DNA of 64,000 nucleotides from Pseudomonadota bacterium (GCA_043797085.1 JAZDQA010000013.1:160001-224000); one strand, 5' to 3'. Numbered from the stretch's first letter, positions 1 through 9,920 are shown. Numbers and translations are program-made. Notes: generated by a model not told the origin, from the sequence alone.

Positions 1-271
1 TACGTTTAGATGCATTGAAAGCGATATTACTCATATGCTGTTTATCTTTTGGAAGATATTTTTTGCTCGCATCGACATTGTGGAAAAGAGCATTCGCTTT
101 TTGAATTTCGCTTACTCCGCCTTGAATCAAATTAGGAGCATTATAAAGAAACCCTTTTTGTATATTGCTCAAACCATTTTCCATTTGACTCATATTCAAT
201 ATCATGGTTTCATCGGCTGCCAAACCAGCACTTAAAAGTGCTGATAAAGCCAAAATTTTTACTATTTTCAT
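1..271 (-). CDS. Secreted alpha-helical protein, possibly class II (c'-like) cytochrome c; partial, runs off the window
   Basis: Not in ORF track. Read by hand: TAAGGAG RBS overlapping the petC stop, ATG at 271, MKIVKILALSALLSAGLAADETMILNMSQMENGLSNIQKGFLYN..., open to position 1; Sec-type signal peptide. Confidence 0.7.
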   Translation of the reverse strand, partial: MKIVKILALSALLSAGLAADETMILNMSQMENGLSNIQKGFLYNAPNLIQGGVSEIQKANALFHNVDASKKYLPKDKQHMSNIAFNASKR

Positions 272-280
272 TTTTGCTCC

Positions 281-1156
281 TTAGTGAACTTCTGACCAGA
301 TTTTACGTTTCCACAAATACGCCAAGATTGCAAATACTAACGTATAGAGCATTACCCAAAGACCAACGCTTTCACGTTCAGCTTTTTTCGAATCCCCAAT
401 CTCTTCCATATAAGCGATGACTTCTTCTTGCGCTTTTTCATTCAAACCGACACGTGGCATTGACGTTCCTGCCAACAACAATTGAGGATCGTTGATAAAG
501 CCGTGCAAGTAGTGCTCTTTACGACTTTTGATGTACTGAGACAAATCAGGAGGTGTTGCACCCATATAAGTTTTGATAACATCTTTTGGCGTTGTTGCTT
601 CAGATTTCGCATAACTCATCGAGTGACAACGTCCACATGCAGCATCATACGTTACTTTATGTATATCTTTCTCAGCTACTTTTGGAGCAATCGACTGAAG
701 ATAGGCTACAACGTCCATGATCTCCTGAGGAGTCATCCAGTTGTAAGCAGGCATTGGGAACGCTTTTGCTCCACCTACTGGATATTTATGACCAAGTTTC
801 ATAGCACTGACCGGATCAAAGATGAAGTTAGCTAAATAGTTTTTGTCATACATACGTCCAGAATGACTCAAATCCGGCGGAACAACACCATACGATGCTG
901 CTGCGTCAGCATTTGGCATCATTGCAGGGTGACCTGCTGATTCGATTGCATGGCATGCAATACAGTTGGCTTCTACTAAAACTTTACCGTTTTCAGTATT
1001 TCCCGCCAATGATGTATCGACATTTTTTAAATCTTTAAATGTAAAATCTGCCGCTTTTACCTCAGGATGCATAACATGATGCGCATACGGTTCAATCCCG
1101 TAATACGTAATACCTACGAGAGCTGCAATAATTGCTAATATTTTAAACTCTTTCAT
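281..1156 (-). CDS. petC: Cytochrome bc complex cytochrome c subunit (diheme)
   Basis: Two CxxCH motifs (CIACH, CGRCH), PPDLS motifs, C-terminal TM anchor, follows petB. Confidence 0.95.
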   Translation of the reverse strand: MKEFKILAIIAALVGITYYGIEPYAHHVMHPEVKAADFTFKDLKNVDTSLAGNTENGKVLVEANCIACHAIESAGHPAMMPNADAAASYGVVPPDLSHSGRMYDKNYLANFIFDPVSAMKLGHKYPVGGAKAFPMPAYNWMTPQEIMDVVAYLQSIAPKVAEKDIHKVTYDAACGRCHSMSYAKSEATTPKDVIKTYMGATPPDLSQYIKSRKEHYLHGFINDPQLLLAGTSMPRVGLNEKAQEEVIAYMEEIGDSKKAERESVGLWVMLYTLVFAILAYLWKRKIWSEVH

Positions 1157-2406
1157 TATTTGCCCCCTACTTTTTTAGCTTCTGCTTTCGTAATAAACGG
1201 CAATGCAATAAACAATGCCAAGAATGTCGCTGACGAAGCAAATCCAACCCATGCGTTTGCGCCGGTCGGAGGTAATTTACCGTATACCGTAAGGACAATC
1301 AAATCTACTATCAAGAACCAGAACCAGTACTTAAAATATGGACGTTGATTTGCAGGTTTTACCATTGGTGAGCGATCCAGCCATGGCATAACAAAGAAAA
1401 TAGCATTCGCAATTGCAAACGCGATCAAACCTAACGATTTACCTGAAATACCGGCGATTTCAAAGAAAAATCCGCGTAACACTTCATAACTCCACAAGAA
1501 ATACCACTCAGGGTAGATATGTGCCGGTGTTTTAAGACCATCTGCTTTATCAAAGTTTACAGGGTCCATTGCAAAGTCGTAATGGAAGAAAACCAAGTAG
1601 AAAAAGAACAACAAGAAAAAGCCTAAAACAAAAAAGTCTTTAGACAAAAATACAGGCCAAAACGGAACTACTTTAGAGTTCTTTTTATCCCCTGCAAGAT
1701 ATTTTTCTGCCTCTTCATCAAAATCAAAAAATTCACCTGCCTCGTTATTAACGTGGGGGAAACGAAGTGCATAAAAGTGAACCACAATCGCACCGATGAT
1801 TGCAAGAGGAATCAACAATACGTGTAGCATAAAGAAACGGGTCAAAGTTGAATCGGAAACATAGAAGTTACCGCGAATCCATACAACCAAATCACCACCG
1901 ATAAGAGGGATACCACCAAAAATTTCAGTAATAACGTACGCTGCCCAGTATGACATTTGTCCCCATGGAAGCATGTACCCGCTGAATCCTTCTGCAGAGA
2001 AAAGAACAAACAACAACATACCGGAAATCCAAATCATCTCACGCCCTTTTTTATAAGAGCCATAATAGATACCGGTAAACATGTGAATGTAAATAACTAA
2101 AAAGACAACTGATGCGCCGACGGCATGAATGTGTCGAAATAACCATCCGTATCCGACTTCTTGCATGATAGTATAGTTGACACTATCAAATGCAGTAGCC
2201 ACATCCGGCTTATAATACATCAAAAGGAAAATTCCTGAAACAACCAATAATGTAAACATAACGGTCAGTAATACACCCATTGCCCACAAAAAGTTAATAT
2301 TTTTAGGAATCCAATACTCCGTCATCATCACTTTTACGAATTTATCAATTCCTAAACGCTGATCAAACCACTCGTACAACGAATCTGCTTGTTTAAACTC
2401 TGCCAT
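1156..2406 (-). CDS. petB: Cytochrome b of the bc complex
   Basis: RHIHAVGAS, GYMLPWGQMSYW and PEWY motifs. Confidence 0.98.
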   Translation of the reverse strand: MAEFKQADSLYEWFDQRLGIDKFVKVMMTEYWIPKNINFLWAMGVLLTVMFTLLVVSGIFLLMYYKPDVATAFDSVNYTIMQEVGYGWLFRHIHAVGASVVFLVIYIHMFTGIYYGSYKKGREMIWISGMLLFVLFSAEGFSGYMLPWGQMSYWAAYVITEIFGGIPLIGGDLVVWIRGNFYVSDSTLTRFFMLHVLLIPLAIIGAIVVHFYALRFPHVNNEAGEFFDFDEEAEKYLAGDKKNSKVVPFWPVFLSKDFFVLGFFLLFFFYLVFFHYDFAMDPVNFDKADGLKTPAHIYPEWYFLWSYEVLRGFFFEIAGISGKSLGLIAFAIANAIFFVMPWLDRSPMVKPANQRPYFKYWFWFLIVDLIVLTVYGKLPPTGANAWVGFASSATFLALFIALPFITKAEAKKVGGK

Positions 2407-2407
2407 C

Positions 2408-2920
2408 TTATGCTCCTCCTGCTTTTGCCATCATAGCTTTATACTCAGGACCTTCTTCACCAAGAACAAGGGTCGTTCCGTCAATTTTAAAGGGAGGAAG
2501 ATCAAGAGGACGAGGAGGAGGTCCAAATTTATTAACACCGTCAGCAGAAAACTCTCCGCCATGACAGGCACATTTAAAATCTTTTTGATCATTACGATAG
2601 GCAGGAATACAGCCCAAATGCGTACACAATCCAATCATAACTGAATAATGAAAATCTCCGACTTTGACAGTACGTCCATCGGTTGGTTTCATATCTTCCG
2701 TATATTTAAGAATAAAAATCGGCTTACCGCGCCATACTGCGATTTCTAGCTTATTGGCTTCAAGAGCGGATACGTCAACGGTTGTAAAACCGGCTGTCAT
2801 AACACTCGGAAGCGGATCCCATGTTTTCTTCATCGCGATAAGTGAGGCAACCCCACCCACAGCAGCGACGGCACCAAAGGCTTTACCTATAAAGCCTCTT
2901 CTGCTTTCATCTTTCATCAT
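2408..2920 (-). CDS. petA: Rieske 2Fe-2S subunit
   Basis: Tat motif SRRGF; CTHLGC and CACHGG. Confidence 0.98.
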   Translation of the reverse strand: MMKDESRRGFIGKAFGAVAAVGGVASLIAMKKTWDPLPSVMTAGFTTVDVSALEANKLEIAVWRGKPIFILKYTEDMKPTDGRTVKVGDFHYSVMIGLCTHLGCIPAYRNDQKDFKCACHGGEFSADGVNKFGPPPRPLDLPPFKIDGTTLVLGEEGPEYKAMMAKAGGA

Positions 2921-2976
2921 TTCTCACTTAATTTAGAAATTTAACCCTATATCATAAGTTAGAAAGGTTTAATTTT

Positions 2977-3846
2977 CTATAAAACGAGGGTATTTCTTAT
3001 AAATTCCATTACTTCTTTGTTACTTCTTTGATACTTTTGATAATTTTTTGATTTTTGTTTACTTATAACTTCCATAAGTCGTTCTTTATCATAACCATCA
3101 ACAACAGGAATACCCATTTCTTCAAATAATGATATAAAATCTCGTGCGTAATCAGGACGTTGTAAATAAATCGGACGTCCGCCTCCGGATAAATTTTGTA
3201 AAACCGCCATTGGAGAAGCACTTATAAGTATGTCGGTGTGGCGAATTACCGTGTCATACTCTTCACTCTCATGGATAGCAGTAAAACTTTCTTTAAGGCT
3301 GTTTTCATATCCAAGAAAATGATAAAAACCCATCAACAACTCCATTTTGTAGGGAGCGAATAAAGCTTGATTCAGCTCTAAATCTTTTTCATAATCATCA
3401 TCCCCAAAAAACAGTGCCATGGGAATAGTTTTAGGAAGCACTTCGTTGTACTTCGTATCGACAACCGTTCCTGTAGCAATTTTATCACCGTGTAAATACG
3501 GTGAAATTAAAAATTCTTTTTCATATTTCACTGCATCAGGATTATCACTAATACGGATAAAGGTTGGAAAAAAGAGAGTCATATCTTCCATCAACGTAGG
3601 ATTAATTTCATCAGAATCAAAGATGATTTTATCTCCATGCTGAGCAATTTGAGGGATATTGCGAACAACGTCAACCCCGACCGCACGCTTAATTCCATAT
3701 TTGCGTGCTTCTCCTGCGATACGAAAATCAGAACAAAGAAGTGTAATATCAATATCTTTTTGAAGTTCATTAACAATAGCAACTGCACGATGAAAACGAT
3801 CTAAGCCGATTCGGTGTCCTGTGTGGACGTAATAAAAATATCTCAC
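2977..3846 (-). CDS. PseG/SpsG-like GT-B fold protein, function unknown
   Basis: [20 protein letters not shown] and ILISAS align by eye with PseG motifs; ATGA overlap with mnmG. Confidence 0.5.
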   Translation of the reverse strand: MRYFYYVHTGHRIGLDRFHRAVAIVNELQKDIDITLLCSDFRIAGEARKYGIKRAVGVDVVRNIPQIAQHGDKIIFDSDEINPTLMEDMTLFFPTFIRISDNPDAVKYEKEFLISPYLHGDKIATGTVVDTKYNEVLPKTIPMALFFGDDDYEKDLELNQALFAPYKMELLMGFYHFLGYENSLKESFTAIHESEEYDTVIRHTDILISASPMAVLQNLSGGGRPIYLQRPDYARDFISLFEEMGIPVVDGYDKERLMEVISKQKSKNYQKYQRSNKEVMEFIRNTLVL

Positions 3847-5714
3847 TTCTTCCCCGCCATTTTGATGTAAATTTGTAAAATATCCAACGCTGCGGGTGTC
3901 ATACCCGATATTTGAGATGCCGCTTGCAGGGTCGGGGGATTAAAGGTATTGAGTTTGCTCACAATCTCATTGGAGAGTCCCGAAACAGATTTAAAATCAA
4001 AATTTTCAGGGATGGCAATGTGTAACATTCGGGACATTTTTTCAACATCTTCACTTTGTTTCTCAACGTAACGAGCGTATTTTGCTTCGATTAGAATCTG
4101 TTCTTGGATATACGAATCAAGCGTCGAAAAACTCGGAATTAGGGCTGTAAGTTTCTCTAAATCGAAACTTTTGCGTGAAACAAGCTGTGTTGCTGCCATT
4201 TTGTCATTGATACGCTCTTCGTCGATGCTCTCTAAAAACGCCAAAAACTCTTTGGTCGGTGTCAAAATCGTCTCATCTAAAAGGGTAAGTCCTTCATTGA
4301 TTTGCAGTCGTTTCATCTCAATTCGTGCCATCTCCTCATCACTGATGAGTCCCAAAGCGTGACCGTATTTTCCCAAACGCAAATCTGCCGTCTCTTCACG
4401 TAGTAACAATCGATATTCGGCGCGGGAAGTGAACATACGATACGGTTCTTTCGTCCCTTTGGTCACCAAATCATCGATCAAAACCCCGATATACGCTTCA
4501 TCCCGACGTAAAATAAGAGGTGCTTTTTCCTCAAGCGACAAGGCGGCATTAATCCCTGCCATCAACCCTTGCGCTGCGGCTTCTTCGTATCCGGTTGTTC
4601 CGTTGATCTGTCCTGCACAATAAAGATTTTTCACTTTTTTGGTTTCTAATGTATGTTTTAGCTCGGTTGGGTCAACGTAATCGTACTCGATTGCATAGCC
4701 ATAGCGAACGATTTTGGCATTCTCCATACCGATTACCGAATGGATCATTTGGCGTTGTACATCCGGCGGAAGTGACGTGCTCATCCCATTGATGTAACAC
4801 TCCGTATTCTCGGCGGTTTGCGGTTCGATAAAAAGGTGATGGCGCTCTTTGTCTCGGAAACGATTTACTTTATCTTCGATGCTTGGGCAATAACGCGGTC
4901 CCACCCCCTCTATCTGTCCCGTAAACAACGGCGCACGGTGAAAATTTCCCTCGATGAGACTATGGGTGTCTTCATTGGTATAAGCGATGTAACATGGAAG
5001 CTGCTTTTTATCACGCGCAAATTTTTCGCGGTCGGTACGAAAACTAAACGGATTGGGGAGAGTGTCACCGTCTTGAATCTCCATCACACTAAAATCGATA
5101 GAGGAGCTGTCAACGCGCGGACATGTCCCTGTTTTAAGCCGTCCGACATTCAGCCCGTGAGCACGAAGCGACTCAGTGAGTCCTTTTGCCGCAAACTCTC
5201 CGAAACGTCCCGCCTCTTGGCGGATTTCACCAATATGGATCATCCCGTTTAAAAATGTCCCTGTCGTTAATATAACACGCTTGGCACGGTATTCATTGAG
5301 CAAATGGGTTTGTACCCCAACCACAGTATTGTCTTCAATAACAAGAGCGGTAACTGTCTCTTGGATGAGGCTCATATTAGGAGTCGTGAGGATGGTATTA
5401 CGGGCAATAACTCGATAGCGATCCATGTCGATCTGCGCGCGGCTTCCCCGTACTGCCGGACCTTTAGTGATGTTGAGGATACGAAACTGGATTCCCGCTT
5501 CATCGGTAAGCAGTCCCATTTCTCCGCCAAGAGCATCAAGCTCACGTACCAAATGCCCTTTTGCCAAACCGCCAACGGCAGGATTACAGCTTGTCGCCCC
5601 CACTTGCTCAGCTAACATCGAGACCATTAGGGTATTGTGTCCCATACGGGCAGAGGCGAGTGCGGCTTCGATTCCTGCGTGTCCTCCGCCGACTACAATT
5701 ACGTCATAGTTCAT
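3843..5714 (-). CDS. mnmG: tRNA U34 carboxymethylaminomethyl modification enzyme MnmG (GidA)
   Basis: [46 protein letters not shown]. Confidence 0.98.
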   Translation of the reverse strand: MNYDVIVVGGGHAGIEAALASARMGHNTLMVSMLAEQVGATSCNPAVGGLAKGHLVRELDALGGEMGLLTDEAGIQFRILNITKGPAVRGSRAQIDMDRYRVIARNTILTTPNMSLIQETVTALVIEDNTVVGVQTHLLNEYRAKRVILTTGTFLNGMIHIGEIRQEAGRFGEFAAKGLTESLRAHGLNVGRLKTGTCPRVDSSSIDFSVMEIQDGDTLPNPFSFRTDREKFARDKKQLPCYIAYTNEDTHSLIEGNFHRAPLFTGQIEGVGPRYCPSIEDKVNRFRDKERHHLFIEPQTAENTECYINGMSTSLPPDVQRQMIHSVIGMENAKIVRYGYAIEYDYVDPTELKHTLETKKVKNLYCAGQINGTTGYEEAAAQGLMAGINAALSLEEKAPLILRRDEAYIGVLIDDLVTKGTKEPYRMFTSRAEYRLLLREETADLRLGKYGHALGLISDEEMARIEMKRLQINEGLTLLDETILTPTKEFLAFLESIDEERINDKMAATQLVSRKSFDLEKLTALIPSFSTLDSYIQEQILIEAKYARYVEKQSEDVEKMSRMLHIAIPENFDFKSVSGLSNEIVSKLNTFNPPTLQAASQISGMTPAALDILQIYIKMAGKK

Positions 5715-5742
5715 TATTACTTCTTTTGAATAAATTATGGAC

Positions 5743-5891
5743 TGATGCTACGCACTTTGAATGATTTTCTTGAAAATTCAAAGATGCACGTGCTAAATTA
5801 CGTAAATCAAAGCACCACTACTTCTTAACGAATGAAGTTTAGAGTTGAATTATCAAGAAAATCATTCAATGTGCATAAGTGCGTAACATCA
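5743..5891. repeat. Long imperfect inverted repeat enclosing two small hairpins
   Basis: 5757-5781 is the reverse complement of 5845-5869 at 24/25; 5743-5756 pairs with 5878-5891 at 13/14; inner stems GTGCT/AGCAC and ACTTC/GAAGT. Confidence 0.85.
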
Positions 5892-5901
5892 ATTATTGAT
5901 G

Positions 5902-5922
5902 CAATTATAACGGTTATAATTG
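5902..5922. promoter_or_regulatory. Symmetric divergent sigma70 -10 pair
   Basis: Perfect palindrome CAATTATAAC-G-GTTATAATTG with TATAAT on each strand (minus 5904-5909, plus 5915-5920). Confidence 0.6.
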
Positions 5923-5987
5923 AAAGCACTAAAATCTAAAGCAAAAACAGTATAAAATTAAGCAAAATCTTTGATGCGAGACATACC

Positions 5988-6179
5988 ATGGACACACCAA
6001 AAACTCTCGAAGAGCTCTTAAAAAACTATGACCCGACTCCTCTCGAATTCGATCCTGCTGTCGATGGGGACGAAGAACACCTTATTCGTGATGATCTTTT
6101 AAAAGAAAAAGAGCGGATGAAAGATGTTATCACCAAACTTAAAGAAAAAAATCGCGGCGATCGAAAAGTAAGGCGTTAA
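5988..6179 (+). CDS. Small highly charged hypothetical protein
   Basis: 63-aa ORF with GAG RBS, downstream of TATAAT/TAAAAT. Confidence 0.65.
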   Translation: MDTPKTLEELLKNYDPTPLEFDPAVDGDEEHLIRDDLLKEKERMKDVITKLKEKNRGDRKVRR

Positions 6180-6198
6180 AGCTACCTAAGATATAATT

Positions 6199-6906
6199 TT
6201 GACAAAAATGGACCACTTTATGATGCTTCAAACCGCATTCGACGCTTTCAATACACAAGACTTTTCAAAAGCACGAGAACTTTTTGAAATACTTAGCGCT
6301 CAAAATAATCCTACCGCACTCTCATCCCTTGGCTATCTTTATCAGCAAGGGCTTGGTGTTGAAAAATCACAACAACAAGCCTATGAATATTATTCCCTCG
6401 CGGCTGATCTGGAAGAACCAACTGCCCTTTTCAACCTCGCATTGATGTATGCGGATGGCATTGTTGTCACACACGATCAGTTTAAAGCACATGAGCTACT
6501 GCTTCGTTCGGCTGTTTTGAATTTTCCGCAAGCACAATACGAAGCGGCTCTTAGTTTAGAGCGAGGCTTAGGCTGTGTTCAAAACTTTAGCGAAGCGGCA
6601 TTTTGGTACGAAGAAGCGGCGAAGCGGGGTCACGCAGGAGCGTTTAACAATCTTGGTGTTCTTTTCAAAGAGGGGCATGGAGTCGTTCAAGATTATCCCA
6701 AAGCATTTATCTGTTTTTCACGGGGAGCTAAGCTTGATCTTGCAGAGAGCCAATACAATTTGGGTCTTATGTACGACCAAGGATTTGGATGCGATGCCGA
6801 TCATGACGTTGCGCTAGAATGGTGCAGAAAAGCTGCTTATAATGGTCATGAAAAAGCGAAAAGTATTATCAGGTCTTTGCAAGAAGAGGGTAAAATTGTA
6901 TTTTAA
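6199..6906 (+). CDS. Sel1-like repeat protein
   Basis: Repeated LGxxYxxGxGV..A..WY..AA units. Confidence 0.9.
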   Translation: MTKMDHFMMLQTAFDAFNTQDFSKARELFEILSAQNNPTALSSLGYLYQQGLGVEKSQQQAYEYYSLAADLEEPTALFNLALMYADGIVVTHDQFKAHELLLRSAVLNFPQAQYEAALSLERGLGCVQNFSEAAFWYEEAAKRGHAGAFNNLGVLFKEGHGVVQDYPKAFICFSRGAKLDLAESQYNLGLMYDQGFGCDADHDVALEWCRKAAYNGHEKAKSIIRSLQEEGKIVF

Positions 6907-6918
6907 CAAAGGGGCACT

Positions 6919-7533
6919 ATGTTTACGGGATTAATTCGGGAAATGGGACAGGTAAAAAGCTTTGGAGCTAATCGCCTCTCTCTTAAGACATCTCATAAAG
7001 CAAAACTCGGAGACTCAATCGCCATCAACGGCACGTGTCTCTCCGTCGTAAGCATCGAGAGTGACGGATTTACCGTTGAGCTCTCCCCCGAAACACTCTC
7101 TCACGTTGCAACCGAAAAACTCACAGGAAACGTCCACATCGAACCTGCTATGATGATGGGCGATCGCTTCGAAGGGCACATCGTCCAAGGACATATCGAT
7201 ACCATCGGAACCATTGAGTCTATCACCAACAACGGCAACAGTTACGATGTCATCATCAAAATCGATCCTGAATTCATCCCTCTCATCCCCCCTAAAGGCT
7301 CTATTACCATCGATGGAGTGAGCCTAACGGTAAATGATGTACTAAAAGATACATTTCGTCTCACCATCATCCCTGTCACGATGAGAGAAACTCTTTTTGG
7401 AACGTATAAAAAAGGGACACGGGTCAATATCGAAACCGATGTTTTTGCCCGCTATATGCGACATATTCTCACGACATCCAGTAAAAAAGATCTGAGCTGG
7501 AATGATATTGACCATATCCATTCATTGTATTAA
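6919..7533 (+). CDS. ribE: Riboflavin synthase (alpha chain)
   Basis: N-terminal MFTG, GDSIAINGTCL, GHIVQGHID, IDGVSLTV. Confidence 0.95.
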   Translation: MFTGLIREMGQVKSFGANRLSLKTSHKAKLGDSIAINGTCLSVVSIESDGFTVELSPETLSHVATEKLTGNVHIEPAMMMGDRFEGHIVQGHIDTIGTIESITNNGNSYDVIIKIDPEFIPLIPPKGSITIDGVSLTVNDVLKDTFRLTIIPVTMRETLFGTYKKGTRVNIETDVFARYMRHILTTSSKKDLSWNDIDHIHSLY

Positions 7534-7544
7534 AAGGAAGAATT

Positions 7545-7850
7545 TTGAAAACAATTGAACTCATAATGATGCTCGCATTTGCCGGCGGACTTGTCCTGAC
7601 ACTCTATAAGGTATATCTCTTTCTCCCGCAAAAACCTCTTGAAGACGATGATACTACTTCCAGTTCCATTGAAGCGCTCGAAAAAATCATGGTTGAATCT
7701 AACCGTGATGGCATAACCGAAGAAGAGCTATTTGAAAAGATGCGTAACCATCCCGAGTTTGACACGAAACATTTTTGGAGATTTAACCCCAACCGCCTTC
7801 GCCACCTCATCGACAACTATCGCCTTAAAGAACCAAATTTTCGTCGCTAA
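7545..7850 (+). CDS. Membrane-anchored hypothetical protein
   Basis: AAAGGA RBS, TTG start, N-terminal TM helix. Confidence 0.7.
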   Translation: MKTIELIMMLAFAGGLVLTLYKVYLFLPQKPLEDDDTTSSSIEALEKIMVESNRDGITEEELFEKMRNHPEFDTKHFWRFNPNRLRHLIDNYRLKEPNFRR

Positions 7851-8568
7851 GAGATGTTGCATTTGGATTACACGTAATCTTATGCTCCATGTCTACTTTC
7901 TCATAATTCTCCAACTCTCTCACGGATGCAACGGTCGCCGTACGATATCCCTCACCCTGATTCAAATAAATATTAAACCCATTTTCATAAAGAGCCAACC
8001 GTGTTGCTAACGCCATTGAGTAGGTGGTCACAATCCCCTCATTCCCCATCAGTCGTGCGATATCAGCAAAATACTCACGAGTCCAAAGCGCTGGGTTACT
8101 AGAGGGGCTAAATGCATCTTGATAACAGACATCCCATACCCCATCTAACTCTCTCATCGCAACCCGTGCATCGGTAATCTCAACCGTAATACGAGTCCGT
8201 TCATCCTCATATTGTCCACCAACAGCAAGCTCTGTAATCACCTTTTTGTATGGTTCAAAGATTTCAGGATAAGGAAAATCTATCAAAGAAGCAACCAGCG
8301 CACCATCCAATTCGGGAGAATAAATTTTCAGCGTCATATTAGGAAAATATCTATCACGATAATATAGGCTAAGAAGAGTATTAAAACCAAGCCCGAAACA
8401 AATATCGATGATTTTGAGATTATTTTTTTCGCGATGGAGCACAAAAGCAGGCTCAATGTGTTTTTTGAGTGATTCGTTTAACGCTCCATCTTTGGTCGAG
8501 TGGTAGTGCTCATCGTATTCGCTGCTGTATGCCGTATAGCTCCCATCTTCGCTCTCAACCCAGTTCAT
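7825..8568 (-). CDS. mnmD: Stand-alone MnmC-type tRNA mnm5s2U34 methyltransferase domain (MnmD/DUF752)
   Basis: EDGSYTAYS..YDEHYHS..GALNES, DICFGLGFN, YQDAFSPSSNPALWT; start moved to ATG 8568 (TGATG overlap). Confidence 0.85.
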   Translation of the reverse strand: MNWVESEDGSYTAYSSEYDEHYHSTKDGALNESLKKHIEPAFVLHREKNNLKIIDICFGLGFNTLLSLYYRDRYFPNMTLKIYSPELDGALVASLIDFPYPEIFEPYKKVITELAVGGQYEDERTRITVEITDARVAMRELDGVWDVCYQDAFSPSSNPALWTREYFADIARLMGNEGIVTTYSMALATRLALYENGFNIYLNQGEGYRTATVASVRELENYEKVDMEHKITCNPNATSLSDENLVL

Positions 8569-9047
8569 CACAACCCTGCTCCCCACATGTGCAACTTCTT
8601 AGCCACAATAACCTCATACCCATCGATCAAATCGATAATCGCATTGATCGCTCGAAATTCGACCTGATCGAGGAGTGATTCGACCTCAGCAATACTCATC
8701 GAACCGTTTTTTTGGACGATAATAATCTCGGAAGCGTTGAGTAATGTGCGGTAAAGTAACTCTAAAAATTTGCGCGGTGATTCATGCAGATGCAACACAT
8801 CCTGCACGATAACAGCAGCGTAATCGCGTGGAACTCCCCCTGCGGGAGATTTATAATCTTTAATCATAAAGGTTTTATGAAAAGTGGTATGGGTTAGACT
8901 TTGATGATTCCCCGGAAAAAGTGAAAAATCGATCAACCCCTCATAAGAGATGAGAAAATCACCCAATTCCTCCGTCATAGCGTCCAAATGGCTTGTCGCT
9001 ACCATGATTTTCGTATGGGGTGTCGGATGGAGAAGTTGGGTAATCAT
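8568..9047 (-). CDS. Hypothetical protein, weakly class I methyltransferase-like
   Basis: YAAVIVQDVLH..PRKFLELLYRTL resembles the C-terminal half of SAM-MTases; no GxGxG motif; overlaps both neighbours. Confidence 0.55.
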   Translation of the reverse strand: MITQLLHPTPHTKIMVATSHLDAMTEELGDFLISYEGLIDFSLFPGNHQSLTHTTFHKTFMIKDYKSPAGGVPRDYAAVIVQDVLHLHESPRKFLELLYRTLLNASEIIIVQKNGSMSIAEVESLLDQVEFRAINAIIDLIDGYEVIVAKKLHMWGAGL

Positions 9048-9352
9048 AGTGCCAAATCGTGCAACTCGCGGAAAAGATACGCTTCAACAATATCATCAAT
9101 AGTACGTTGTGTATGAGCGACCAAAACCATCATCTGATGCTCGATAAACTCCATCACCGGCTCATAATTGCCCGTAATGATAACCGCATCAAGCCAACCG
9201 TCGATTTCACTGCGATCGGTATAAAATTTAATTTCGACCACTTGCCCTTCCTCAACCTCAACAGTCGCCCAGTAGGTTGCGGATAAAATTCCGACGAGTT
9301 CACTCTCTTGAGTATCATCGCCGTTCATCGGTAACAAAAGCAACATAATCAA
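9044..9352 (-). CDS. Small acidic protein, NifB/NifX-like fold (tentative)
   Basis: beta-strand-P start, [22 protein letters not shown]; start may be ATG 9346. Confidence 0.5.
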   Translation of the reverse strand: MIMLLLLPMNGDDTQESELVGILSATYWATVEVEEGQVVEIKFYTDRSEIDGWLDAVIITGNYEPVMEFIEHQMMVLVAHTQRTIDDIVEAYLFRELHDLAL

Positions 9353-9852
9353 TCTACCTTTGAGAGATCAAGCTTCAGCGCTTCATTATCCATAATATCG
9401 ATGTCTTTTCGGAGCACTTCGGCAGCAATCGCTTTCGCATCTTCGAGGGAATGCATTGCACATGTTCCGCATTGGTAGAGGTTGAGTTCAGGAATATCAC
9501 TTTGTTTTTCAACGGCAATCACATCATGCATAGAGGCTTCCCACGCTTCAACCACTTCCTCTTCCGTAGGAGCACCGATAACGCTCATATAAAACCCAGT
9601 ACGGCAACCCATAGGAGAGAGATCGATAATCTCCGTTTTAGCTGAGTTAAGATGGTCACGCATAAAGCCTGCGAACAAATGCTCTAACGTATGAATCCCC
9701 TCTTGAGATAAGATTGCCTCATTCGGACGGCAAAAACGTAAATCAAAAACGGTAATATCATCCCCCTTTGGAGTTTTCATCCCCTTTGCGCGACGAACGG
9801 CAGGTGCGGGCATAATAGTGTGGTCTACGGTAAAGCTATCTAGTAATGGCAT
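9349..9852 (-). CDS. luxS: S-ribosylhomocysteine lyase (AI-2 synthase)
   Basis: [32 protein letters not shown]; start moved to ATG 9852 with AAGGA RBS. Confidence 0.98.
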   Translation of the reverse strand: MPLLDSFTVDHTIMPAPAVRRAKGMKTPKGDDITVFDLRFCRPNEAILSQEGIHTLEHLFAGFMRDHLNSAKTEIIDLSPMGCRTGFYMSVIGAPTEEEVVEAWEASMHDVIAVEKQSDIPELNLYQCGTCAMHSLEDAKAIAAEVLRKDIDIMDNEALKLDLSKVD

Positions 9853-9886
9853 GTGCATCCTTAAAAAATTTATTTTAGTTGAGGCA

Positions 9887-9920
9887 ATGGTAACATATTT
9901 CATCCTTGAGGCGCTATAAT
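9887..9920. promoter_or_regulatory. Divergent -10 boxes for luxS and the aldolase
   Basis: Minus strand TGtTACCAT (9887-9895); plus strand TATAAT (9915-9920) ahead of an AAGGA RBS. Confidence 0.5.

Noticed and set aside
5743..5891. 6S RNA call for the long hairpin
   Set aside because: Length is plausible, but there is no clear central bubble and the stem is unusually perfect; it cannot be assigned without a covariance model.
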